42,109 bases of DNA from NCBI GenBank assembly GCA_037133055.1, contig JBAXOY010000010.1:1-42109 (forward strand). Reading direction: 5' to 3'. This DNA is from Chlamydiota bacterium (GTDB lineage Bacteria > Auribacterota > Tritonobacteria > UBA1439). The translations under genes were made by a program, and so were the position numbers. Below the pieces are notes generated by a model, which worked only from the letters and a program-made list of their open reading frames with translations, had not been told where the DNA came from and ran no database searches. Numbering within the stretch: the first letter of the stretch is position 1; the number at the start of each line of letters is the position of its first letter. Positions 1 through 9,192 of the stretch are shown here, one piece after another.

Positions 1-1
1 C

Positions 2-2056
2 ACCTTTGCGTATGTCCGCTTCGTGACGGGGAACCGCGCCGGGGCCCTCCTCTCGGCGGTTGTGTTCATCTTCTCGGGGCCGTATCTCCTCCAGCTCTTC
101 CCCGGGCACATCTTCAACCCGCTCCCGTGGCTCCCGCTCTCGCTCCTTTTCGGCGAGCTGGCCGTGCGCCGGAAGCGGGCGGTCTGGTATCTCCTCGCCG
201 GGTGCGTGCTCGGCCTCCAGGTCCTCGCGGGGCACCCCCAGTACGCAGCGTACTGCGCGGGGGCGCTGGTGCTGTATGTCCTTTTCCGCAGCGTCGCGGC
301 CTGCCGGGAGGAATGGGGGATGAAACCGCTCGCGGGCGCCGCGGCCGGGGTCGTCCTCATGATCGCGACGGGCGCGGCCCTCTCGGCGGTGCAGCTCTTC
401 CCCGGCATGGAGTTCGCCGCTGAGTCGGGCAGGGCGCATCTCGCCGGCCCCGCCTCCGTGCGCGACAACTCGCTGCCGCCCGAGAACCTCGCCCTGCTCG
501 CCGTGCCGGGGCTCTTCGGCGACATGCAGGGGGTGCGGTACTGGGGCCGGTGGCTCTACTGGGAGACGTGCCTCTACGTGGGGATCTTCCCCCTTCTGCT
601 GGCTCTTGTCGGGGCAGTGCGATCGAAGGACCATGCCGCGCGCTTCTTCGCCGGTTTGGCCATCGTCTCCCTCGTCCTCGCCTTCGGGGCCTACTCACCG
701 CTCTTCGGATTCCTGTACGCGCGCGTACCGGGATTCTCCCTCTTCAGGGCCCAGGCGAAGTTCATCGCCCTCGCGGCGTTTTCGCTCGCCGTGCTCGCCG
801 GCTTCGGCTGCCGGTGCCTCCTCGATCGCGGGGAGGAGACGAGACGCCTCATCGCGCGATTCGGCGCCGCCTCAATGATCATCGCCCTCGCGCTCGCCCT
901 TCTCGCGGCGGCCGCCGCCGCGACCGGCGGCGGGGAATCCCCCCTCTGGGGCCGCGTGGTGCTGTATCGCCACGCGCGGGGGTTCGAGGGGACGCCGCCC
1001 ATCGACCCGGCCGACACGGCGTCGCGCGCGGCGTCGTACCGGACCGCCCTGCGCGGCGCGCTCACCGCTTCGGCGATCTTCCTCCTCTCCGGGGCGGTCT
1101 TCCTCTCCGCGCGGCGGATGAAGCCCGCGCCCCTCGCGGCAGCCGTCCTCCTCCTCTCGATCGGCGACCTCTGGCATTTCGGCGCGCGGTACATCATCGT
1201 GAGCCCGCTCGAGTCGTGCCGCTGGCCGCCTGATCTCGCGGCGTCCATGCGCTCCGACCGATCGGTGTACAGGATATGCGCACCGAACATCAGCGTGCCC
1301 GGGGCGATGCAGAACATCCGGGAGGGGGTCGCGGCGATCGACGGGTACGAGACATTGAACGTCGGCCTTTACAAGGACTACGTGGACGCCTCGCAGGGGG
1401 TACGGCGGGGGGCCAGGATCGACTTCGCGATCGACGGGATCGCGCCGATGCTCGAGGCGCTCAATCTCAAGTACCTGCTCCTCCCGGCGCCGCAGCGTTT
1501 CGCCTTCCCCGGCTACCGCCGCCGGTTCACGGACGGGCGGGTGACCGTGTACGAAAAGGAAGCCCCCTCCCCGCGGGCATTCGTCGTCCACCGGGCCCGG
1601 GTGATCCCCGAGCCCGACGCGGCCCTCGCCGCGCTCCGTATGCGGGGGGAGGCGGTCAGGGACGAGGTGATCCTCAGCGCCGACCCCGGGGTCCCGCTCC
1701 CGGCGCCCGCCCCCGGATCTCCCCGGGACCGCGCCGAAATAGTCGCCGAGCATCCCTCCGAGGTGCGCGTCGCCGCGGAGCTCTCCTGCCCCGGCTTTCT
1801 CGTCTTGAGCGACGTCTACTACCCGGGCTGGAGGGCGTACGTGGACGGAAAGGACGCGCCGATCCGGCGCGCGAACTACGCGTTCCGGGCGGTCCATCTC
1901 GGGGAGGGGACGCACGAGGTGCGCTTCGTGTACGCCCCGCGCTCGTTCGCCATCGGCCTGCGGGTGAGCGCCGCGGCGGCGCTGCTCGTCGGTATTGCGC
2001 TCGCCCGCGCGGCGTTCGGAGGCCGCGCGCGCCCTCTTTCTGATGTGCGGCGGTGA
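2..2056 (+). CDS. YfhO-family polytopic membrane protein (GT-C-like), 5' truncated by window edge
   Basis: Frame is open from position 2. Many TM segments, GHPQ motif, LYVG motif, and the C-terminal YfhO signature LVLSDVYYPGWRAYVDG..RANYAFRAV..G.HEVRFVYAP before a final TM helix. Confidence 0.85.
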   Translation, partial: TFAYVRFVTGNRAGALLSAVVFIFSGPYLLQLFPGHIFNPLPWLPLSLLFGELAVRRKRAVWYLLAGCVLGLQVLAGHPQYAAYCAGALVLYVLFRSVAACREEWGMKPLAGAAAGVVLMIATGAALSAVQLFPGMEFAAESGRAHLAGPASVRDNSLPPENLALLAVPGLFGDMQGVRYWGRWLYWETCLYVGIFPLLLALVGAVRSKDHAARFFAGLAIVSLVLAFGAYSPLFGFLYARVPGFSLFRAQAKFIALAAFSLAVLAGFGCRCLLDRGEETRRLIARFGAASMIIALALALLAAAAAATGGGESPLWGRVVLYRHARGFEGTPPIDPADTASRAASYRTALRGALTASAIFLLSGAVFLSARRMKPAPLAAAVLLLSIGDLWHFGARYIIVSPLESCRWPPDLAASMRSDRSVYRICAPNISVPGAMQNIREGVAAIDGYETLNVGLYKDYVDASQGVRRGARIDFAIDGIAPMLEALNLKYLLLPAPQRFAFPGYRRRFTDGRVTVYEKEAPSPRAFVVHRARVIPEPDAALAALRMRGEAVRDEVILSADPGVPLPAPAPGSPRDRAEIVAEHPSEVRVAAELSCPGFLVLSDVYYPGWRAYVDGKDAPIRRANYAFRAVHLGEGTHEVRFVYAPRSFAIGLRVSAAAALLVGIALARAAFGGRARPLSDVRR

Positions 2057-3717
2057 ACCCGCTCTGGTATCATACGGGCCAACCCCCGGGGACTCACATG
2101 CGCACGCGGAACAGCGACACGCTCCTCGCCCCGGCCCTCCTGTTCGGCCTCTCCTGCCTTATCCTTGCCCCCACGCTCATCTATCCCTACGGGAGGGACC
2201 AGGGGATATTCGGCTACGCGGGGCACGCGGTGCTCGGGGGGGGAGTCCCGTTCAGGGACTTCTGGGACCCGAAGCCGCCCGCCCTCTACTACGTCTACGC
2301 CCTGGCCGAACTGCTCTTCGGCTATTCGATGGCTTCGATCAGGATCCTCGACCTCCTCTGGCAGGCGGCCGCCGCCGTCGTCATATCCCGGATCGCCCGG
2401 CGGGTCTCCGGGAGCGGCGGCACGGCGCTCGCCGCCGGACTCATCTATGTCCTCGCGTACGCCTCGACCGGGTGGTGGAGCACAGCCCAGCCGGACGATT
2501 TCCTTAACCTGCCCCTCGCGGGCGCGGTCCTGCTCACCCTGCGCGCGTGCGGGCGCGGGCGGGCGCCCGGCGTCTCGTTCTGCATCGGCCTCCTCGCGGC
2601 GTGCGCCTTCTATTTCAAGTACCCGATGGGCGCGATGCTCCCCGTCTGCATGGCGTGCCTGGCGGCGACGCGGGGCGCGCGTCGCGCCGCCGCCGACATC
2701 GTTTGGATGGCCGCGGGGTTCGTCCTGGTCGCCGGGGGGTACGCCGTCTATCTCCACGGCGCCGGGGCATGGCGCGAGTTCCTGTACGCGGAGTTTGTAT
2801 GGGTGGGGCGGTATGCCCGGCTCGGGGAGGGGACGGGCGGCCTCGGGGCTCTGCTGCATCTCCGGGATATCCTGAACTCGCACTTCAGCGTCACGGCCCT
2901 CGGCGCCCTCGCCCTCGCGGGGGTCGCCTGGGCGGCGGTCCGGCGGCATGTGAATGCGGCGGGCGCGCTCGTCGCCTTCTGGGCCGCAGTCGCGCTCCTC
3001 AACCTGTACATCCAGAACAAGTTCTACCTCTACCACTTCGGCCCGCTCCTCGCCCCCCTCTCCATCGGGGCTTCAGCGGTCGCCGTGGCGCCCTTCGACA
3101 GCGGGAACCGGCCCGGCCTGCGCCTGGCCGCGGCCCTGGGCGCGGTTGCCGCGGTCGTGGTCTCGTACATGGCGGTCAACCCCCGCTACAACGCCTACTG
3201 CCTGAAGACCTACGCGGACACGGCCGGCGCGTGCGCGTCGCGCGCGATCGCGAAAAAGCCCCTCGACGGCTACTACCGGAATGTGCGGTTCACCTCGGAC
3301 GATTTTTCCCTGCCCGCGGACCTCGCGGTGGCCGAGTACCTCGACCGAAACACCGCCGGGAACGACACGGTGTTTGTCTGGGGCTACGAGACGCTGGTCT
3401 ATTTTCTCGCCCGGAGAGGATGCCCCTCGCGCTTCGTCCACAACTTCCCCCTGCGCTGCGCCTGGGTGCCGGAGCGCTTCGGGGACGAGCTCCTCGCGTC
3501 CCTTGACCGGGAGCGGCCGAAGTACATCCTGGTGCTCGTGAACGATCCCGCGTGGTGGGCGACGGGCACGCGCGAGGATTCCCTCCGGGCGCTGCGCCGG
3601 TATCCGGGGATCGAGCGGCTCATCGCCTCGCGCTACGCGCCCGAGGGGCGGATAGAGGATTTCCTCCTGTTCAGGCTGCGTGGGCGCGAGGCGGGGAGGG
3701 ACGGGAATGCGCGCTAG
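2053..3717 (+). CDS. GT-C superfamily (GT39/ArnT-like) membrane glycosyltransferase
   Basis: First-loop motif RDQG..Y..G..PFRDFWDPKPP, ~12 TM helices, C-terminal soluble domain VFVWG.E..VYF. GTG start overlaps the upstream TGA; an alternative ATG is at 2098. Confidence 0.8.
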   Translation: MNPLWYHTGQPPGTHMRTRNSDTLLAPALLFGLSCLILAPTLIYPYGRDQGIFGYAGHAVLGGGVPFRDFWDPKPPALYYVYALAELLFGYSMASIRILDLLWQAAAAVVISRIARRVSGSGGTALAAGLIYVLAYASTGWWSTAQPDDFLNLPLAGAVLLTLRACGRGRAPGVSFCIGLLAACAFYFKYPMGAMLPVCMACLAATRGARRAAADIVWMAAGFVLVAGGYAVYLHGAGAWREFLYAEFVWVGRYARLGEGTGGLGALLHLRDILNSHFSVTALGALALAGVAWAAVRRHVNAAGALVAFWAAVALLNLYIQNKFYLYHFGPLLAPLSIGASAVAVAPFDSGNRPGLRLAAALGAVAAVVVSYMAVNPRYNAYCLKTYADTAGACASRAIAKKPLDGYYRNVRFTSDDFSLPADLAVAEYLDRNTAGNDTVFVWGYETLVYFLARRGCPSRFVHNFPLRCAWVPERFGDELLASLDRERPKYILVLVNDPAWWATGTREDSLRALRRYPGIERLIASRYAPEGRIEDFLLFRLRGREAGRDGNAR

Positions 3718-5680
3718 ACGCGTCCTGCACGGCGCCGCGCTCGGCGCCCTCTTCCTGATCGCCTACGCGTGGTTCCTGCCGTCGAAGTCGCCGGAGCTCT
3801 TCGGCACGAACAACGCGGTGAGGTTCTATCTCGCGAAGAGCCTCGCCCTCGACGGGAGTTTCGCGATAGAGCGTTACTACCGGGGGGGCATCGACGCCGC
3901 CGAGTTCAACGGCCACTTCTACTCCGGCAAGGCCCCCGCGGCGTCGTTCCTCGCGGTGCCGGTTATCCGGATGCTCTCGGCCGCGTGCCGTGGCCGATGC
4001 GCGGCGCCCGACTGGGTATATCTCTACGTCGCGCGCCTGGCCGTCATCTCGATCCCCTCCGTCGTTATGATCCTCACGCTCCACGGATTCCTCCTCCGGC
4101 GCGGCGTTCCCGACCGGATGGCCGACCTGATCGTCGCCGGGTACGGCCTGGGCACGATGGCGTTTCCCTATAGCACCGAGTTCGTCGGGCACCAGCTCGC
4201 GGCGGTCTTTCTCTTCTGGTGCTTCCTGAGCCTGGATGCATGGCGAAGGGTGTTCGCTGAATACGAATGCGAGCCGGCGAAGCGGCGAAACGGCGAGGGG
4301 GCGACTTTGAAGATCAGAGTAGCGCCGGTTCGCCGACACGCCGGTTCGCCCTTTCGCCGGTTCGGCCCGCTCCTCATGGCCGGCCTCTGCGGCGGGATGG
4401 CGGTTGCCGCCGACTACCAGACGGCCCTCATCGTGGCGGTCCTCTGCCTCGCGATGCTGCCGCTCCGGCGCCCCCGGTCCGTCGTCCCATTCGCGCTGGG
4501 GTGCATCCCCGGAATTCTTCTGGTTCTCGGGTACAACTACGCCTGCTTCGGGAATCCCCTGAGCTTCCCGTACGCGCACGAGGCGATGCCGATCGCGCGC
4601 GAGGTGCAGGCGCAGGGGCTCTTCGGGGTGCAGGCGCCCAGGCTCGTCCCCTTCGTGAAGCTCCTCTTCAGCCCGTGGCGCGGCATCTTCTTCGGCTCGC
4701 CGTTCCTACTCCTCTCCCTGCCCGGTCTCTGCGCGCTGTGGAGGGACGACGCTGCGGATGCGGACGGCGCGGGCGGCAGGCGTCTCGCCGCGCTCGGCCT
4801 GTGCGCGTGCGGCGGCTATCTCCTTTTCAACTCCTCCTACGGGGCGTGGTCGGGCGGGGCGGGGTACGGGCCGAGATTCCTCGTCCCGGTGATCCCCTTT
4901 TTCGTCATCCCGGTCGCGGCCCTCTCCGTGCGCGGGCCGAAAGGCGGCGGCATCCTCATGGCGATCCTCGTCGCGTATTCCGTCGCGTTCCATTTCGTCG
5001 CGACCTCCGCGGGGCCGGTTGCGCACGAGTTCCTGAGAAACCCGGTTCGCGAGTTCCTCCTCCCGTCGTTCCTCCGGGGGAACGTCAGGCCGAACTGGGG
5101 CGCCGAGGCGGGGTGGCATGGCGCGGCGGGCCTTGTCCCCCTCATCGCCCTCCTCGCCGCCTGCGGCATTCTCGCGCGGCTGACGGGGGAGGGGAGGGCG
5201 CGTGCGGAAGTTCGGCGCGTCCCCGGACGCGTCGAGCGGGTGCTGCTCGCCCTGTGCGGCGTTGCCGCCGTCGCGATGGCGGGGCTTTTCGTCTTTCATG
5301 GAACGGAAGAAACGGCCTACCGCCATGCGGTGCTCGGCCACAGCTACGACACGGCGGGGGACCCGGATGCGGCGATCCCCTGTTTCGAGAAGGCCCTCGC
5401 CATGGACCCGCGGGATCCCCGCGTGATCGACGATCTGACGCGGATCCTGGTCGGGAGGGGAGAGTACCGGAAGGCGCTCGAGGCGAACCTCCGGGCGCTC
5501 GCATCCCGCCCGGGCGACAGGGGGCTTCAGGCGCGGGTGAGCGCGCTCATACGGCTGTGCGGCGTCGCGGATGCGCTGAAAAAAAAAGGCGGCGATCCGC
5601 AGCTCCTCGCGGAGCAGGCCGCCGCGCTGGAGATACTCGGGATTCTGGAACCATCCCGGGGGGAGAAGGGGGCACGGTGA
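3707..5680 (+). CDS. GT-C-like membrane protein with C-terminal TPR region
   Basis: ATG 3707 after GGGAGG. Loop motif IDAAEFNGHFYSGKAP, YNYACFGNPL and W.GG..YGPRFLVP motifs. TPR-like LGHSY..GDPDAAIPCFEKALAMDP. Confidence 0.75.
   Translation: MRARRVLHGAALGALFLIAYAWFLPSKSPELFGTNNAVRFYLAKSLALDGSFAIERYYRGGIDAAEFNGHFYSGKAPAASFLAVPVIRMLSAACRGRCAAPDWVYLYVARLAVISIPSVVMILTLHGFLLRRGVPDRMADLIVAGYGLGTMAFPYSTEFVGHQLAAVFLFWCFLSLDAWRRVFAEYECEPAKRRNGEGATLKIRVAPVRRHAGSPFRRFGPLLMAGLCGGMAVAADYQTALIVAVLCLAMLPLRRPRSVVPFALGCIPGILLVLGYNYACFGNPLSFPYAHEAMPIAREVQAQGLFGVQAPRLVPFVKLLFSPWRGIFFGSPFLLLSLPGLCALWRDDAADADGAGGRRLAALGLCACGGYLLFNSSYGAWSGGAGYGPRFLVPVIPFFVIPVAALSVRGPKGGGILMAILVAYSVAFHFVATSAGPVAHEFLRNPVREFLLPSFLRGNVRPNWGAEAGWHGAAGLVPLIALLAACGILARLTGEGRARAEVRRVPGRVERVLLALCGVAAVAMAGLFVFHGTEETAYRHAVLGHSYDTAGDPDAAIPCFEKALAMDPRDPRVIDDLTRILVGRGEYRKALEANLRALASRPGDRGLQARVSALIRLCGVADALKKKGGDPQLLAEQAAALEILGILEPSRGEKGAR
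4271..4363. repeat. Inverted octamer tandem array inside CDS (4x GAnnnGGC, spacer, 5x GCCnnnnC)
   Basis: gagccggc gaagcggc gaaacggc gagggggc (4271-4302), then gccggttc gccgacac gccggttc gccctttc gccggttc (4324-4363). Confidence 0.85.
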
Positions 5681-5717
5681 GCGGGTTCGGAAAGGCCGCG
5701 GCGCCACGGGTAAAAAT

Positions 5718-7451
5718 ATGAGCAGCGCGAGGATGGCATTTCTTTTCCTGGCGTTGGCGATCATCCTTATCCTGCCCGCCTTTTACGGCGGCGGCGGGGG
5801 AGGCCTCGACATCTGGCAGCAGGGGCTTTTCGTCGCGGCGGTGCCGCGCCATATCATGCTCACCTATCGCCAGTTCCCCTTCTGGAACCCGTGGGGTTCG
5901 GGCGGCGTGCCCTGTCTCGGGCATCCGTATTCCTCGTTCCTCTCGCCCGGGTATCTCTTCACCCTCCTGTTCGGCCCCGTCGCGGGGCTCAAGCTCCGGG
6001 TGGCGGCTGCGCTCTGGCTTGGGCTCACGGGCGGGTATCTGCTGGGACGCCGCTTCTCCCCGGGGCGGTTCGCCCCGTATCTCTGCGCGGGCGTCTTCCT
6101 CCTCTCCAGTTGGTACCCGCTCTACATGTCCCGGTGGCACGTGGAGTTCATCCCGTTCGCCTGTCTCCCATGGCTGCTGCTGTTCTACCTGAAAGGGATC
6201 GAGGACCTGCGATGGGCCTCGTGGGGAGGGGTTGTCTTCGCGCTCGTGATCCTCGACGGCGGGACCTATCCGCTTCCCCTCTCCGTTCTTTTCCTGTCTT
6301 TCTACGCGATCCTCGACGCGGCCGTGCGGCGGAAGGGGAGGCCCCTCGCCGTCGCGGCCCTGATCGTCCTGCTCGGCGCCGCGATCAGCGGGGTCAAGTT
6401 CCTCCCGATGCTGCGCTTTATGCTGGAGAATCCGCGGTACACCTACTGGAAGGAGCCGGTGCTTCCCCTTCGCGCCCTGCCGCGCATGTTCCTCGGGAGG
6501 GACCAGCTGAGCCCGACCGATTTCCGCGGCGCGTGGCTCGGCTGGTGGGAGTACGGCGCCTATGTCGGGATCGTCCCGGCCGCGCTCGCCGCCCTCGGTG
6601 TTTTCATCGCGCGGAAGAGGATCGTCCCCGCGGCGGCCGCCGGGCTTGTTTTCTTCGGCGTGATGTTCGGCGATTTCGGGGACGCCTCGCCGTGGCGCTG
6701 GCTGCACCAGGCCCCGCCGTTCTCGTCTCTCCACGACACCGTGCGGTTCCGCGTGCCGTTCGTCTTCTGTTTGGCGCTGCTCTCCGCCGCGGCGCTGTCG
6801 CGCGTGGAGGGAGGGGCGGAAACCCTCCGTGGGCGCGGGAGGACGGTCCTCCTCGCGGCGCTGGGGGTTTTGACGGCGGCGGTGCTGCTGGATCTCGTCC
6901 TCGTCTCGGCGCCCCTCTACGGCCGCCTCGCGATCGATTTGCCCGCCCCGTCAAGGACGCCGGGACCGTTCAGGCAGGTGTTCCTCGCGGAGAAGGAGCG
7001 GAGCGGGGCATGCGTCTATAGGACCTTCCTCGGGAACGAGGGACTGGTCAACAACTGGGACGGCCTGGACCTCCGGCCGGCCGATGTGCGCCCGTTCGGA
7101 TCCCCCGCCTACCGCGGGGAGGCGTGGATCGAGAACGGGGGGGGGGGTGTCACGGTCTCGCGGTGGAGCCCCAACGAGCTCGTCTACGACGTCGCCCCGG
7201 GGCGGGCCGGAGACCTGGTCGTCAACCAGCGGTACGACCCGGGCTGGAGCGTGTCCGACGGGAGGCCGGTGAAGGCCGTGAAGGGCGTCATCACGGTGCC
7301 GGTTTACGCGGAGGGCGGAAGGATCGCCCTGCGGTATCGGCCGCCGTGGCTGCCGGCCGGGTGCGCGGTGTCGGCGCTGGGCGCGCTCGCGGCCTGCGCC
7401 GTGTGGAGGATCGGCCGGGCGCGGATCAGCGGGAAGGGGCCGGCGCGCTGA
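5718..7451 (+). CDS. YfhO-like polytopic membrane protein
   Basis: QFPFWNPW.SGG.P..GHP motif, WWEYGAYVG, C-terminal WSPNEL..LVVNQRYDPGW..LRYRP plus a TM helix. Confidence 0.78.
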   Translation: MSSARMAFLFLALAIILILPAFYGGGGGGLDIWQQGLFVAAVPRHIMLTYRQFPFWNPWGSGGVPCLGHPYSSFLSPGYLFTLLFGPVAGLKLRVAAALWLGLTGGYLLGRRFSPGRFAPYLCAGVFLLSSWYPLYMSRWHVEFIPFACLPWLLLFYLKGIEDLRWASWGGVVFALVILDGGTYPLPLSVLFLSFYAILDAAVRRKGRPLAVAALIVLLGAAISGVKFLPMLRFMLENPRYTYWKEPVLPLRALPRMFLGRDQLSPTDFRGAWLGWWEYGAYVGIVPAALAALGVFIARKRIVPAAAAGLVFFGVMFGDFGDASPWRWLHQAPPFSSLHDTVRFRVPFVFCLALLSAAALSRVEGGAETLRGRGRTVLLAALGVLTAAVLLDLVLVSAPLYGRLAIDLPAPSRTPGPFRQVFLAEKERSGACVYRTFLGNEGLVNNWDGLDLRPADVRPFGSPAYRGEAWIENGGGGVTVSRWSPNELVYDVAPGRAGDLVVNQRYDPGWSVSDGRPVKAVKGVITVPVYAEGGRIALRYRPPWLPAGCAVSALGALAACAVWRIGRARISGKGPAR

Positions 7452-9126
7452 AGGTCGCCTGCTTCAGGACGACCTGCGGGTTCTCATACACCGTCTTCGT
7501 CATGGACGAATCGAAGGTGAGTGCCGCCCGCCCGTCGGGGACATACAAGGGTACCCGGATGCGGTCCACGTAGAGCAGCCGGGTGAGTTTCCCGCCCGCG
7601 ACGAGGGCCGCGACGGCGTTCGGGTCGTCGAGACGCCGCTCCCGGTAGCAGCGGGAGTACAGCGTGAGGTACTGATCGAGCACGAACTGCGGCGTGGAGT
7701 CCGGCGGCCGCATCAGCCGGGGCGAGAGGAACCAGGTCCGTTCGTCCGCCAGCCCGTCCGCCGCCCGCGCAAGCCGGTAGAGCCCGCGGTGGTCGAAGTA
7801 GAAGTAGAACTTCATTTTCTGCGCCCACCATTTCTTCTCCTCGACGCGGCAGGGAATCCGGTCGCCGGTGATGCCGAGAAGAAGGCCCGTGCTGTGGATG
7901 TTCGTCCACACGAGCGTCCCGAAGAAGAGGAGGAGCAGGCCGGAAAGGCGGATCCTCCCGAACCGCGTCAGCGCCCGCGGCCCTTCTCTCCCGAGCAGCG
8001 AGTCCCAGCATATTCCGAGGGTGAGAAAAACCGGGAGCGTGAACGAGTCCCACCGCTCCACGACCCACGAGTCATAGAGGAACGAGTGCCCGGCGTCGAG
8101 GAGAAACCATGCGAAGAGTATCCTGACCGCCCGGCTCCGCCTTCCGTGGAATGCGGCCGCGGCGTAGAGACAGAAGAAGAGCGCGATCAGCACGGGGCCG
8201 AGTATGTCGCGGTCGTACAGGTTCGTGTGGATGTAGAGTTCCTGGAATGCGTAGAGGCTCGAGCGGATTCCCGCCCAGACGAAGGCCAGGTGGTCGCGGA
8301 GAGGCGGGTGCGGGGGCGTGAGGAAGAATCGCCCCGGCACGCGGTGGAACACCCAGAAGTCGACCTTCGACGAGACCGGCTCCGCGGCGCTCTGAGTCCA
8401 GTAGAGCCCGTAGAGGAGCCCGAACACCGTAAGGAAGCCGAGAAGCGCCGTCGCCGCAATCCTCGCCCGGCCCGCGCGCGACGGCGGACTGAAGAAGGCC
8501 GGAGCGATGAGGAGGGGGAGGGCGACGATGTTCTTCAGGTGCGCGGCCATGCTCAGCCCCGCGGCGGCGCCGGAGATAAACGCCCAGAGGAGCGGGCGCC
8601 GCTCCCGGCGCGCTTCCCGGACGGCCCCCGAGGCGACGAGCACGCAGGCCACGAAGGCGAGGTTGAAGAAGTTCGCGAGCGGGTTGTCGTCGGCGGTGGT
8701 GATCAGCCACGAGTAGCCGAGCGTGAAGAGGGGGATGAGGCTCGTCGCCAGCATGACCGGCACGCTTCGCATTGCGCCCCGGCAGATGAAGAAGAGGAGG
8801 GGGACGGTGGCCACGGCGCAGAGGAGCGTGAAGGCCTTGAACCCCAGGAGAAAATCCCACGGCCCCCACAGGGCGCAGGCCCTGGTGACGAGATAGACCA
8901 TCGAGAACATCAGGAGGTGGAACTTCGCGAACCAGCCCTTGATGCCGATGCAGCTCATGAACGTCATGCGGTCCCTGAGCGGCTCGAGGGAGACGACGTA
9001 GTTGAGGGTGTCCTGGTCGACGCAGAAGTTCGAGAAGATGCTCCATGCATAGATCCCCGCGGTGAGCGCCATCGCCGCGAGGAGGGCGAGGAGGTGCGCG
9101 GGGCGAAGTCTCGCGGGACTCGTCAT
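7426..9126 (-). CDS. Polytopic membrane protein, probable GT-C fold
   Basis: ATG at 9126. Acidic first-loop motif DQDTLNY, ~11 TM helices, soluble C-terminus. Overlaps the convergent gene by 26 nt. Confidence 0.7.
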   Translation of the reverse strand: MTSPARLRPAHLLALLAAMALTAGIYAWSIFSNFCVDQDTLNYVVSLEPLRDRMTFMSCIGIKGWFAKFHLLMFSMVYLVTRACALWGPWDFLLGFKAFTLLCAVATVPLLFFICRGAMRSVPVMLATSLIPLFTLGYSWLITTADDNPLANFFNLAFVACVLVASGAVREARRERRPLLWAFISGAAAGLSMAAHLKNIVALPLLIAPAFFSPPSRAGRARIAATALLGFLTVFGLLYGLYWTQSAAEPVSSKVDFWVFHRVPGRFFLTPPHPPLRDHLAFVWAGIRSSLYAFQELYIHTNLYDRDILGPVLIALFFCLYAAAAFHGRRSRAVRILFAWFLLDAGHSFLYDSWVVERWDSFTLPVFLTLGICWDSLLGREGPRALTRFGRIRLSGLLLLFFGTLVWTNIHSTGLLLGITGDRIPCRVEEKKWWAQKMKFYFYFDHRGLYRLARAADGLADERTWFLSPRLMRPPDSTPQFVLDQYLTLYSRCYRERRLDDPNAVAALVAGGKLTRLLYVDRIRVPLYVPDGRAALTFDSSMTKTVYENPQVVLKQATFSAPAPSR

Positions 9127-9132
9127 GCGGGC

Positions 9133-9141
9133 ACTATAGCA
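9133..9141 (-). promoter_or_regulatory. Extended -10 promoter TGcTATAGT, probably leaderless
   Basis: Minus strand reads TGCTATAGT-gcccgc-ATG(9126), with no SD. Confidence 0.55.
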
Positions 9142-9192
9142 CAATTCCGCTCACGCCCGGCGCGCGAAGGGGGTATACTGATACGCCATCCC

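Noticed and set aside
7789..9192. N-terminal 468 aa of the 1044-aa track ORF
   Set aside because: Antisense shadow of the 7426-9126 minus-strand gene. Protein-like sequence starts at ATG 9193.
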